Shown piece by piece: positions 39,084-51,890 of a stretch of 64,000 bases of DNA. This DNA is from Sminthopsis crassicaudata (taxonomy: Eukaryota): assembly GCF_048593235.1 (NCBI RefSeq), contig NC_133618.1:623118889-623182888 (forward strand), written 5' to 3'. Position numbers and translations under genes: made by a program. The notes under the pieces were generated by a model. It was not told the DNA's origin and did no database searches. It was given only the letters and a program-made list of their open reading frames with translations. How positions within the stretch are numbered: position 1 is the stretch's first letter; every line of letters starts with the position of its first letter.

Positions 39084-39145
39084 ATGAACGAAGATCTCCT
39101 GCCTAATTCACATGTGCTCATCAGTGGCAATAAATCAATTCTGAA
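39084..39145 (+). CDS. RASSF4: RASSF4 coding exon (start): MNEDLLPNSHVLISGNKSIL(K)
   Basis: Matches recalled human MKEDCLPSSHVPISDSKSIQK; 62 coding nt; donor AA|gtaggt. Confidence 0.93.
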
Positions 39146-40066
39146 GTAGGTGCTTCCTTCTTCCTCTGGGGAAGGGCAATGAAATGGGATGTCCTTGGTT
39201 CTCCTTTTGACTAATTGCTTTATTCCATTCATTGGGAAGAGGATGATTCAAATTGTGTCTTCTATCATTGGCTAATTTTAGGAATTGTCTATAAGTGAGG
39301 GAAGGTTAGATAATAGATTGGAAGCAAGGAGACTTGGGTTCATATTTCATCTCTTCTGTTTGCTAATTCTATAATCCAGGACCAGTCACTTAAACTCTTA
39401 TTGTTCATTTTCTTTATTTATAAAGTGACAAAGGGGGTACCTACAACTCACTGAAAATCCCTTCTGATCCTAACAGTTTATGAGCCTCTTAAGTATATAA
39501 ACATCATACCAACTATACCAGTCTGCTCTAGGAAGCCACTGTGATTTCCACTAAAATACTGAGAAATCATGTGATGAATGATTTGCTTCATTAAACTGCT
39601 TTCTCTGATTTCAGTGAACTCTTCTTTTCCAATCCTACATCCCACTATTGTTAATTTTTTTTTTACCCAACAGTAGAGTGTATGTATACATGGATGCGCC
39701 CATAGAGTTCTCTTTACTGGGAAAAATATATTAATAATGTAAGTGGGCAAGCTGGACAGTGTGTGGATAGAATTTAGGTGCTGATAACAGTTGTTTCCAC
39801 TTCTCAAGACTGTCCTGTTGAATTATCTTGTGTTTATATAATGTCTAGGACTTTTTCAAAGCACTTAGATTTGTTACCCCATTTGATCCCATGAAGCAGC
39901 AGGGCTAATCTTAGTAGCCTCATTTTACAAATTTCTTCTGTGAAACAGAAAATGTCAACTTCTCCATCCCTACATAGCAAATTATTTATTACTGGTTTCC
40001 TGATTTTTAAGCCGGTGTTGCATTCTTCAAGCCACAAGTCTTAATTTTTTGTTTTCACCCCTTCAG

Positions 40067-40142
40067 ATCAGAACTCTTATCTCTGCTAAAAACATACAAT
40101 TGTTATTATGAAGGAAGAAGCTTCCAGCTGAGACATCGAGAG
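40067..40142 (+). CDS. RASSF4: RASSF4 exon 3: [25 protein letters not shown]
   Basis: cttcag|...GAG|gtaaga; 76 nt; near-identical to recalled human [25 protein letters not shown]. Confidence 0.97.
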
Positions 40143-40804
40143 GTAAGATTTTGGTTTAACTTAAAAAAGTTTGGGATAAGTAAGCAAAGCTGCACTGAGA
40201 AAATCCAAACATTTTGACTGAGGCCTTGCTTGGAGTCAGCTCTAAGCTGGGCTGAGGAAGAGAGCCATTTCAATTGGAGATCAGGGTTTATGTTCAGTCA
40301 TATCATATCCTGATTCACCCCAGCATCTCCACTATTGTTATTATGTTTAGCTAGATTCTCAGGGATTCATAGCAAAATAAAACTGGAAAATATCTATACC
40401 AGTGATTATTCAACTGAGGTCTGTGGCTTTCCAAAATATAGTTCATTTTGTTTCACTAAAATTGGTTTTCCACATGATTTTGTGTATTTTATTTTGTGTA
40501 TTTAAAAACATGATTCTGAGAAGGTTTACAAAAGTCTCACTAGTGGAGTACATGAAATAAAATAGGTTAAGGGCCTCTATCCAGATAAGGAAACTGAGCC
40601 ATCAGTTTGAATACTCTTCCAAGAACATGTGACCAGAGTTACAACAGTGCTTTGAGAAGTTTAAAAGCAGTTCAAATCATCTTGGAGAGAATATCCTTAG
40701 AAGGGAAGACATTTCCCAAGAAGGAAACCTGTGGCTTAAAGAGGATGTTGGAAAGGAAAGGGTGGAGGAAGGAGAAGCAGCCGGAGTGATTCATATCTTT
40801 CTCT

Positions 40805-41705
40805 TAGAACCAGCTGATCTTTTTTTGTAATTTTTATTTTCCCCAGTTACATGTAAAAAACAACATTTTATTTTGGTTACACATGTAGATTCTTTTATAG
40901 AACATATTTCTTTATGAATCATGTTGAAAGAAAAAAGTCAGAACAAAAGGGAAAAACCATAAGAAAACACAAAGAAAAAGAAAAAAAATGAACATAGAAT
41001 GTGTTGATTTAAATTAAATCTCCATATTTCTCTCTGGATGTGGATAGCATTTTCCATCCAAAGTTTATTGGGATTGCATTGGGTCACTGAACCACTGAGA
41101 AGAACCAAGTCTTGTCATATTTGATCATCACGCAATCTTGCTATTGCTATGTATAGCGTTTCTTGATTCTGCTTGTTTCATTCAGCATCAGTTTGTGTAA
41201 ATCTTTCCAGCCCTTTCTAAAATCAGTCCATTTGTCATTTTTAATAGAACAATAAAATTCATATATCATAACTTATTCAATCATTCCTCAATTGATGGCT
41301 CTCTACTCATTTTCCAATTCTTTGCTACCACAAAAAGAGCTGCTACAAACATTTTTGTGTATGTGGGTCCTTCTTCCTCTTTTATGATTTTTTTTGGAGG
41401 TAGACCCAGTAGGGTTACTGCTGGATCAAAGGGTATACACAGTTTTATAGCCCCTTAGGCACATTTCCTAATTGCTCTCTAGAATGGTTGGATCATTTCA
41501 CAACTCCACCAATAATATATTAGTGTTCCAGTTTTCCCCTATTCCCTCCAGCTTTTATCATTATCCTTTCCTGTCACCTTAGCAATTTGAGATGTGAGAG
41601 GTGGTGCTTCAGTGTTGTTTTAATGTCTTTTTCCAATCAAAAGTGATAGAGCATTTTTATATGATTATAGATGGCTTTGATTTCTTCATCTGAAAATTGT
41701 CTTGA
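40805..41705 (-). mobile_element. Old L1 3' fragment
   Basis: ccacaaaaagagctgctacaaacatttttg...ggatcaaagggtatacacag, homologous to 3830-4150. Confidence 0.85.
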
Positions 41706-42149
41706 ATCAACTGATCTTACCAATCTACTTTTACCTCCTAATTACTCTCCTGAGTCATTGCAATAGCCATCCTATTCCAAGAGTAGTTAGTGTTCTATTA
41801 GTGTCTAAGGGCAACTGTTGGAATAAAAAATATTTATTGAATACCTAATATATGCAAAATATTTCAATCTGTAACAGGAATTAACTATCAAATTGATTGA
41901 GTGAACAAATGAAATCCTCAAGGAATTTTCAATATGAACAAGCTATAGAGAATCAAATTTAGGTTCTAAGGTAGAACCTGATAGGTCCTTATCATCAGGC
42001 CTATAAAAAATAATAAAATAAACTGCATCATGACTTAGTGATTTAACCATCACTGGAGGAATTCAAGAAGTATCTGGATGACCATTTGTCTGAATTTCAT
42101 AGTTGGATGAATGAATGATCTCTCAAAGTTTGTCCTAGCTAATATTCAC

Positions 42150-42497
42150 TGCTTCCATGACACTCTGTATCCATCTGATCTTATGCCATTCCCTTTTCCT
42201 TTTGCTTTCAATCTTTCCTAACATCAGAGTCTTTTCTAATGAGACTCATCTTCTCATCATGTGGCCAAAAGTATTTAAGCTTCAGCTTCAGTAATTGGCT
42301 TTCTAATGAATACTCTTGATTAATTTCTTTAAGAATTGACTGATTTGACCTCCTTGCTACCTGAGATGACTTTAAAAAATTTTCTCTGCACAATTCAAAA
42401 CTGTCAATTCTGTGGACTCTGCCGGCCTGACAGTTCAACTCTCTCAACAGCCATACATTATTACTAGAAAAACCATGGCTTTGCATATACAGACTTT
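42150..42497 (-). mobile_element. BovB-type RTE LINE fragment
   Basis: ORF 42208-42486 RIDSFEL...ARRSNQSILKEINQEYSLESQLLKLKLKYF matches recalled BovB RIDAFELW...ARRSNQSILKEISPEYSLEGLMLKLKLQYF. Confidence 0.88.
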
Positions 42498-43804
42498 TTC
42501 TTTTCTTTTCTTTTCTCTTTTTTGGTTTAAGAGTAATGTTATTGAATAGTCATCATTTTCAAAAAAAATCTCTTGGGATGTCCAGAATATAATAAAATCC
42601 TTGAAAAGAATAATTTCTTATTGATAATCAGTTTAATCAAATAGGTTAATATCTTTATACCTTTAGTGAAAAGAATACCTTAGTATTCTTAGTGAAAAGA
42701 TACCTTTAGCGAAAGAAACAGCATACAACATGATAATGGACTGTGAGTAACAGTTTTTCAGCAAAAGTCATATTTCTCTATGTTTAATATTCCCCCATAT
42801 GATGCAAAAACAAATCCAAAAGTGATTTATCACTGAGTTTAACTCAGGCAAAAGTTTTCAATATAAATAAATTCCTTTTTAAAAATTATTCATAATGTGG
42901 TTCTGCTGACTGGAGCTTGTGCCTAATTTCTTCTTCATGGTTGAATATGTTAATTGTGGTTTTGTATTAATATGAAAGACAGCAAAAAAGCTAGTTTGAC
43001 TAGAATGAAACATACAGAAAGGAAAGTATTGTGTAATGAGGCTGTATAAAATGGTCTTATGAAGGGCTATAAGGGCTTTTAAATGTCAAAGAGAGTAGTC
43101 AATTAGTCAATAAACATTTATTAAGTGCCTAGAATGCTCAGGCACTATGCTAAGTGCTGGAGAAGGTGAAGAGTGATGACAGTGAACTAGGGTGATAACT
43201 TTGAGTGGGGAGGAGAGAAGATGCAAGGGATGCTGTGGAATTGGAAATGACAAGATTTAGCTATTTCTTCATATGTGGAGTAAGTGAAAGTGAGAAATTA
43301 TGGGTAACAGCTGACTGATTTAAAGAATGTTGGCTAAAGCCCTTGAAAGAAAGAGTGAAGGTCAGAAGAGGCAATGATTGAGGGTGTGGATAAGAGAGAT
43401 AAAAAGATTTGTGAAGCACAATATAATTCATCCATGTCTTTTCAACCTGGGGCACTCCCTCTGTGCCACCCAAAGTGAAAGCAGGGAAAGAGCCAAAGCT
43501 CATAGTTATTGGTCATAGCACTTCAAACACCCAATAAAGAGCACCTACCTGAGTGGCAGGTGATCAGGGGAGAAAGTGGTGAGTATTCTGGTTTAGGAGA
43601 TTAGGGGGAGATTTAACTTATCTGGATCTAATGGGGAAATATGGGAAGTCATCATAGAAAATAAGCTCCTTGAGGGCATGGACAGTTTAGTTTTTTATCT
43701 TTGTATCTACACTACCCAATACCTCATATAATCAAAACTCAAAAGCTGGAAGCTCCCCCTTCCCCCTGCAATCAACAATTCTTAAATTGGTGCAATCTAA
43801 TTAG

Positions 43805-44050
43805 GGCAGCTAGATGGTAGTGGCTAAAACACCCAGCCTGGAGTCAGGAAGAGTCATCTCTTTGAATTCAAATCTGACCTCGAATTTGCTATGTGACCCT
43901 GACTCAGTCACTTCACTCTGTCTGCCTCAGTTTCCACTTCTGAAAAATGAACTCGAGAAGGAAATAGCAAACCATTCCAGTGTCTTTGCCAAGAAAACTC
44001 CAAATGGAGTCATAAAGAGTTAGATTCTACTGAAATGATTGAAGAACAAA
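43805..44050 (-). mobile_element. MAR1-type SINE
   Basis: gagaaggaaatagcaaaccattccagtgtctttgccaagaaaactccaaatggagtc. Confidence 0.85.
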
Positions 44051-44974
44051 ACAATTTAATTATGGAAAATCTAATTTATTTGTATATTGGGGCCCTATTC
44101 CTCTGAACCTTCCTGTAGAGTTCTGTCATCTCTCAATTGTAATCCTTCTCTGGGAGGAGGTTTCTTTTCTGTGAATCCTTTTCTCTGTGAGCAGGTTTCT
44201 CTTGGGAGGCTAAGTACTGACTTAGCACCTAGTAAGAACCTAACACCTTCCTTTCCAGTTTTCTTCTTATATTCATGGACTTGGCACTTGCTTAACCATC
44301 ATTTACTGCCTCCTCCACATGTGCTAGATCTGTGAGGCCATTTCTAGGCTTCCTTGAACATACTCTCTCCCATTAAAATCTGTGTCTCTGCTCATTATCT
44401 GAACAGTAATAGACTTAGAAATGAATGGCGGTGAATGCTGTCCCCTGGCAAAAGATTCCCATTACATACTGTGGGTGAGTTAGGAGTTATGGCCTGATGA
44501 CTATTGTTATGGCCTGCTGGACCCAGAGTCATCCTGACAAGGTTTCCTGGCTGTTTCCTGTGCTGTGTTAGCTCCCCTCCTCCCTGAATCAACTTCCAAA
44601 CTCTCTCTCTCTCTTTCTCTGTCTGTCTGTCTGCCTGTCTGTTTCTTTCTCTGTCTCTCTGTTTCTGTTTGATTTATTATTATCCCTGTGTATGTGTATG
44701 TCTCTTTGTCTTTCTCTCTGTAGCACTCTGGCTCTGTTGCTCCCTGTGTGCCTCTCTTGCTCCATCTGTCTGTCTCTCTCTCTCGGTCTCTGTCTTTGCT
44801 AATTTCTTTTCTGATTTCCCTTCCTTCTCTGGGAAAACAGCTTATATCTGGTTTTGTGCCACAGATTTAGAACAAAGGCTGTAAGAGGTGGAGAGAATCC
44901 TTCAACTCCCTCATTTTATAGCAACCTTAAACGTGCAGAAGATGAGGGATTTATTTGCCCCCAAAAGTATTGGA

Positions 44975-45150
44975 TACAGCTGCTCCTAATTTATGAGGGA
45001 TTATTAAATTTGTAGTATGAGCATTTACACCTTGGAAATCAGCAAACACTACAGATCAGTACTTGATTTATTGTTTTGGTGATTGCCTGGATTTAAGAAA
45101 GCATTAGAGAAAATGCTATATTGCCAGAGTAAAATTTAAAAGTCTACTTT
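44975..45150 (-). mobile_element. MER63-like hAT remnant
   Basis: tttacaccttggaaatcagcaaacactacagatcag...gatttattgtttt...ttaagaaag resembles the recalled antisense MER63. Confidence 0.5.
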
Positions 45151-45529
45151 GAGTATCCCCTCTCTCCCCACAGATACTTTGGACAGACAATTGTTCAACT
45201 TTTATAAGCACACCCTTGGTCCTGATCTATAATGGAGAGGTGGGGAGACTTCCTGAAGTAGGGAAATAGGGGTGGCAGTGGGGGACAACACACTGCAGGA
45301 ATAGTTCCCCATAAGCTAATGTCTTAGCTCTTTTCCCTTTTTTTTTTTGGGGGGGGGGACCAGACCTATTATTTCTTTTGTATAGGAAACTTTTCTTCTG
45401 CTGTATATCAGCAATTTATGTGTTGCTTAGATTCTCACAAAGGTCCCCTAGGCTAAGCAGTTTGCCTAGGGCACACTGATAATTTGTGTTAATTTAAACG
45501 TACTGTCTTCTTGACTCTACTTAATCTAC

Positions 45530-45770
45530 TTGTTATTGTTCAGTTTGAATTGCATTTTAACTCTTTGTGATCCCATTTGGGGTTTTCTTCACAAAGATAC
45601 TGGAGCAGTTTTGCCATTTCTTTCTCTAGCTGATTTTACACATGGGACAACTGAGGCAAACAGGATTAAGTGATCTGCTCAGGGTCACATAGTCGGTGTC
45701 AGAGGCTCAGATTTGAACTCTAACTCTTGGCCTGGCATTCTATTCCTTGAGTCACCTAGCTGCCCCCTTA
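45530..45770 (+). mobile_element. MAR1-type SINE
   Basis: ctctttgtgatcccatttggggttttcttcacaaagatactggagcag. Confidence 0.85.
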
Positions 45771-47754
45771 ATTTATACTTGGTATCAATTATTAATTTTA
45801 TTTATTTATCTTTGAAAGACTATGGCAAAATTTCATTAGTGAATTAATTTATTTAGGGGTAGAAAGTTGAAAGGACAAGAAAAGAAACAGCTCTGGAGTT
45901 AGTCAGGAGGAATTGAGTGTTCTACTATGAAAGGGCCTTCTCCTACCTTAGCCTGCCACCTACTGGCCTCAGACCCATCATGTTACTGTACTGGATGAGA
46001 GCAACAGATAGAGTAACTTCAATACATTAGCCACTTCCTCTCCTTTTTCCTACTGTGGGTTTCTTTTATATACAATAACAATAATAAATAATATTAAATA
46101 TAATATTATGCATAATAAAAAGAAATGTAACATAATACCAGGTATGACCTATTGGCTAGAATTATCCATCAAAAGCTTACCTTCCTTCCTAAACCAACAG
46201 TGGAAAAATCTAAATGTATGGAATGTAGTCCTAATAATAGCCTGGAGAATTCAACCATTAAGCCATAATGGAACCTCAGACCATTATGTATCAAATGGTG
46301 GACCGTGATCACCTGCACAGAACACTGAGCCATAAAAACTAAGAGCATTTTAAATAGTGTCACCATGCCAAATACTTATCAACTCCAAAGCACCTGGAAT
46401 AAAAGGCTTTGTTTGGAAAGAGACTTAGGAGAAGACCTGAAAAAGCACAGGCTGAGATGCATTGGCAGTGTACCAAAGACCCTTTCTCAGAATGACATCT
46501 TAGATGAATAAAATTCAATACATAGAATGATAGAGGAAACTAAGAATTAATTAAAATAAATATGTAATTTTTTTTTCCATCCAAGTTCATGGACCCCCTG
46601 AAATCTTTCCATAGACTTCTTGGAGACTCCTATAGATCCTCAAATTAAGAACCCCTGGTATATATGCTGGATGAATTTTATGTAGCCATTGTAGAGAGAT
46701 TGTCCCCATAATGATTCCTTAAGGGAACTATCATATATATGCCTTTGACATGTGACCTCTGGACCATGGTATTTCTTTAACACAATTCCTCAGGCAGCGG
46801 AAAGCAATTCATGAACATAAAATCAATGACTAATTGAAATTAGGCCAGGAAGGGAAGTTAGAGGTCACATTTCTCCCATTTCTTCTTGTGTGTGAAGAAA
46901 GGGGGTGGGGAAGACACTGCTCATATTCAGCTTTTTCTGGGCAAAGGCAAAGAGCAGCAAACTGACATCTCTAAGGTCAGTGTGCCCTGGAAGCTGGGTC
47001 TAATGTCTCACTCCACTATCAGGCCATGGGATTATTGCATTTCATTGGTTAATCACAGTAGTGCATTAATAGCAAGCTAATTATTATGTTCAGTAGCTAG
47101 CCTTGACTGAGTAAAAAAGGAATCATGGAAGATTATAAACTCAGTATGATTCAATAATGTGATGTGGGCACTAAAAAAAAATAAGTTAATTAAGGAAGTA
47201 GAGCTGGAGGAGGAAATGGAAGAGATAGCCCCCTTTGCTCTGGTCAGACTACATTTGCATCATTGTGCTCCGTTCTAGGTGCTATATTTTAAAAAGGGCT
47301 TGGGTAAGCTGCAGTGTTTTCAAGGAAAGGCAGCTATATGGATAAGGGAACATTAGATTATATTACATGAAAATTGTTTGAAAAACAATCATTTTTATTG
47401 GGGGGGCAAGCCTAAGGGATGGATATGTTTGCATATATCTTGTTTGCATATATTTACATGGTTATTACTTGAAAGAAGGATCAATTTCATTCTTTGTGGC
47501 TCCAGAGCACATCTCTGGGATTGATAAATATAGATTTGCAGGAAGACATTTCCATTTAGGATAAGAAAAAGAATGATACTATAGTAAAAGATTGAAAACA
47601 TGAGAGGAAGTATGGCCTAGGAAAACCTGGATCTGGGCCCTATCTCTGACTAGGAGTTCCTTGAGAGCAAAGATAGGAACTATCTTTTGCCTCTTTGAGT
47701 CCCCAGCATTTAGCATGCTACCTGACACATAGTATATATATATATATATATTAA

Positions 47755-47935
47755 AGCTTTTTATTTTCAAAACATATGCATGGATAATTTTTCAACATTG
47801 ACCCTTATAAAATATAAGATTATAAAATCTTGTGTTCCAAATTTTTCCCTCCTTTCCCCTTCTCCCTAGATGTCAAGTAACCAACATATGATAAACATGT
47901 TAAAACATGTTAAATCCAATATATGTATATATAGT
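47755..47935 (-). mobile_element. Short L1 3'-end insertion inside an L2 tail
   Basis: aaagctttttattttcaaaacatatgcatgg family, splitting cctgacacatagta...ttaatatttattgac. Confidence 0.75.
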
Positions 47936-50087
47936 ATATTCTTAATATTTATTGACTATATTATGTTTATATATATTTTACTGTGTTTTTATTTATTTTG
48001 CTAAATATTTCTCAATTACATTTTAAGTTGCTTCAAACTACAACATACGTGTGAGGGACTTAAACTGTATGTTTGACCCCTCTCTTCTAAGCATCCCCCT
48101 CTCTTGGTAGACAGGAGTTGTGTTCAGCCAGAAATTTCCTATACCAGTAAAATTACAAATCTAGTTCCTATTCCTATCGCTAAGAAAATATTCCCTAAGA
48201 GGTGGAACTGTCCAAAAATGAGATGGGCTCTCTCACCACATGGGTTTGGAGAATCTGTTTTTGAAAGTATAGTTGAAGAGAATGCTTGCTTCAGGTAGAG
48301 ATAAGACATAGATGATTTCTAAGGTCCCTTCCATTTTTAGAGTACATTTTATACAACATGCCATCTAAGGGGAGAAGACATGGTGATGCTGGGTAAGCTA
48401 GAATAAAAGTTGGGAATCTTTTCTTCCCTCTTTCACTTTTCATATCCTTTCCCAAATTCTCAGTAAGATTCCTCTGAATGGAAGTCCCAGGAGATTGAAC
48501 AAGATGTCAGTAAAATAGTTATAGAACAGATGTTTTATTTTCACAACTGATCTCAGTATTCACACTCTCCTGCACACAAGGTCTAATGCAAGTATGTTAG
48601 GCTCTAGGACCAGATAAAAGTGAGAGCTATGATTTCATCAGTATCAATAACTTTCTGAAGAAACTACTCATACCTATGCAGATGGGCATCTTTTCTACAG
48701 CTAATAACCTCTCAATGCTGTGGGCAATTCTTTAAGATCAAGTACCTTGCATGAGAGTCACATGTATCAGGGTTGGGACTTGAACCTGAGTTGGATCTTG
48801 ATCTACTGTAGCCACACTGACCTCCCAGGCAAGAGACAAGTGGAAATAAGACATGGACCCTAGTTTCCAAAAGTTTGCACCATCCCTTTATTCTCCCATA
48901 TTGCTTCTCAGGAGAGTTCCCCCCACATTAAGGGATCATGACAACAGACTAGGAAAACCTTACATTGGTTGGTATAACTCATGTTATAACATATTATGGG
49001 GCACTGACTTATGACTGTTAAAGCAGTTATTCCTAGAGTTCATTCTGACAATTTCAGGAAATATTGATCACTGAGTCAGGGTACAAGGAAAAGGACTCAG
49101 TAATGATTAAGAATTCTGGAATTATTAAATTTGTGTCTTATGCCCAACTGCCATCAAGACTTAATTTAAAAGCCATGTCCTTGATGAGGCCTTCTCTGAT
49201 TCCCTCAGCTGCTATTGCCTGACTCACTCCCACCAACCCTTGGATTTTTGTTGTTTGTTATATCTGTGTATGTATTTTTAGGTATATGTGTACACATATA
49301 ATATGTAAACATTATATGTCTATGTAACATGTACACAATACATATAAATGATATACATATTTGTACATACATATTACATTCAAACATCTTTTATCTGTGA
49401 GTTTGTACCATACCCTAGTAGAATGTTAGCTCAGGGAAGGGACTTTCTCAATTCTATATTTCTGTTTCCTGTGATTAACCCAGTACGCCTCACATAGCAA
49501 ATGCTAACTAAATGTTTACTGATTGATCAATTGCCAATAGTTTGGGCTCTGATGAAATTTATTTCTAGAGCTCCCTCATTATTTGTGGAAAAAAAAACAA
49601 AACTTTTTTTTACAGTTCACAGCATTTATAACTATGTTAACATCCATAGTCATATGACTTATGTAAAGCCCCATTTTATTCACATCTTAGATAAAGCCAA
49701 AGAGATGTGGTTTGACAGTCCAGAACAACTGTCCCCTCCCTCTTAGATTTCTCATCTGGCATGTGTCTGTTAACAAAACCTAAGATACTGTCGCCTCATT
49801 TTCCCCATTTATTAAGCACAGTAGTTACACTTAAGATATATTGTTACCATTGTTATTTATTCAAATGGAAAGTCTATCCTACCCACTTCAATTACTTAAT
49901 CAAAACAAGAATGTGGCTCTTAATGGAAAAAATTCTCCCCTTCAGTAACATTCCTTAGCCTAGCATGGATTGTGAGACATTACAAGAGCAAAGACAGGAT
50001 ATATGTCCTTCTCTTTAAGATAGAAAACCAATAATGCAAGAAAACACCATAACAAAAAGTTATTTACAGAAGGCTTTATTTGTGGGG

Positions 50088-50777
50088 TCACAGTTCATAA
50101 ATGACTGGGAGATTGGAGTTCAAAGCCCGGGGTATCCTATCCTGGTGAGAACTGCTGGAATACTTCAGGGCAGCATTCAGCATGGAGGGCTGAGTCCTTT
50201 TCTCCCAAACCTTGCCCCACTCACTGGACAGTTTTGTTAAGGGACCCCCAGGGATCTTTGCTTCATAGGCTCTGACTCGTCGCGGGACCCTGGACTTTCC
50301 TGTTTCATTCTGTTTATGCAGACATGTAGGGTCAGCGGATAAGCCAGTCCTCCTTAGAGTGTCCTTCCAGCTCTGTCTTTTTGGTTGAGATTCCCCAAAA
50401 AGCCAGTCGAGGGGGTCGATGTTGTTGCCCAGAGTCAGTGTCGAATGCTGGCCACTGAAGTGGGCAGTGATGTCCTGCATGGGTGAGCTTGGGCTTGACT
50501 TCTCACTGTGTGAAGCTGAAGTTGAATCATTGAAGGTCTTTCCTCTGAGCCTGCATGGCTTTCGCAGTCTGTTGTAGGGGAGACGCTGGGCCCCATCAAG
50601 TACAGAGGTGGGCTGGGCTAGCTGACAGATGGACTTCACATAGTCATCGAGACTCTGTGATGAGAGAAGATCACTCTGCAGCTCATCTTTGGCCGGGGTG
50701 CTTCCCAGCATCATCATCTCTGAGCTCTCACTTATGGTTGGCAGGAGGGCCACTGAAATCAGAAGCCTGGATCTCAT
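50088..50777 (-). CDS. DEPP1: DEPP1 (C10orf10), 229 aa, single coding exon
   Basis: MRSRLLISVALLPTISE, SLDDYVKSICQLAQPTSVLD, DITAHFSGQ, DPLDWLFGESQ and C-terminal LPVIYEL match recalled human DEPP1 blocks. ATG at 50777 lies 2 nt after the acceptor ttttttttttcttatatcaag|. Confidence 0.97.
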   Translation of the reverse strand: MRSRLLISVALLPTISESSEMMMLGSTPAKDELQSDLLSSQSLDDYVKSICQLAQPTSVLDGAQRLPYNRLRKPCRLRGKTFNDSTSASHSEKSSPSSPMQDITAHFSGQHSTLTLGNNIDPLDWLFGESQPKRQSWKDTLRRTGLSADPTCLHKQNETGKSRVPRRVRAYEAKIPGGPLTKLSSEWGKVWEKRTQPSMLNAALKYSSSSHQDRIPRALNSNLPVIYEL

Positions 50778-51303
50778 ACCTTGATATAAGAAAAAAAAAA
50801 TCACCCATTAGTTATGTAATTAATTCATGAGGAATCCCAGAGACTGACATGCAAACAATTTTCATTACCATCTGGCAATTTAAAGAAACCACTTGCAAAT
50901 CAATGATCCTGACAACTCTCTGTTTTAGGGGAGATGAAAGGTGAGCAGTGAGCATTGAGCAGGTGTTTTTAGTAGACAATAATCAGAGCATTTATACCCA
51001 GCACATTTTGATTCACAAAATACATTGCATATATTATCGTTTAATTCACTCAACAACATTGTGAGGTAGGTGCTGCTCATTTTACAGATAGGTAAACTGT
51101 GAGAGAGATTACTCATTGTCATACAATGTTAAAGCCAGAATTTAAATTAAGGCTTAGAGCCCAGAACACTATTGGATACACCATCTATTTTTGAGTCCTG
51201 CCCCAGACATTTACTAGTTTAAGAACCTGGGCAAGTCACTTCATGGCCTCTAAGACCCCTTTCTAAAAGCTCTCAGTCTGTGATCCATATTGCAGTTAAC
51301 CCA

Positions 51304-51431
51304 NNNNNNNNNNNNNNNNNNNNNNNNNNNNNNNNNNNNNNNNNNNNNNNNNNNNNNNNNNNNNNNNNNNNNNNNNNNNNNNNNNNNNNNNNNNNNNNNN
51401 NNNNNNNNNNNNNNNNNNNNNNNNNNNNNNN
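51304..51431. other. Assembly gap (within the DEPP1 intron)
   Basis: 128 N. Confidence 1.
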
Positions 51432-51676
51432 TTTTCTGAAGCTAGGCACCTTGGAGGTCCAGAGAGTCACATAGATGTCCTTGCTTTCTACCCAACCATA
51501 GCTGGGCTTTGAACTCCAAGTTTCCATGCTAAAATCAGAATGCAAGTTACCCAGTGGTTGAAATTTCCCTAGCTACTCTAACTGATCTTTGATCCATTGA
51601 AAGTAATTTTTAAAAAATTAAAACATACACACACAAACACACACCAACCCAAGGTGCACACAGTCTGTGCTCTCAC

Positions 51677-51868
51677 CTGCAGTTGCAGTGACTGGGCTGT
51701 GAAGTTCTGTCACGGTTGCTACACACGATGGCTTCCTGAGAACCCAAAGGGAATCCTCTTCCCTGGCTGGCCTGGGTCAGCTACCCAGAAAGCAGAGGAG
51801 AAAGGCAAGGTCCCTTCAGGGGCTTAGAGCTGGAGCTGGAGCTGCCTGCTGGTCCAGGAGCTCTCTGG
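51677..51868 (-). other. DEPP1: DEPP1 non-coding exon 1 (TSS approximate)
   Basis: Donor CAG|gtgaga at 51677/51676; no ATG on the - strand across the exon; TATA-like box about 25-30 nt upstream. Confidence 0.75.
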
Positions 51869-51890
51869 CCAATCTGGGCCTCCCAGCAGC

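Noticed and set aside
38807-39232. 141-aa - strand ORF
   Set aside because: Antisense to RASSF4 exon 2 and running into an L2 tail; no homology recognised.
50778-50804. N-terminal extension MIFFFLYQG in the ORF track
   Set aside because: It is the intron's polypyrimidine tract and AG acceptor; homology starts at MRSRLL.
50555-50830. 91-aa + strand ORF
   Set aside because: Antisense shadow of the DEPP1 CDS.
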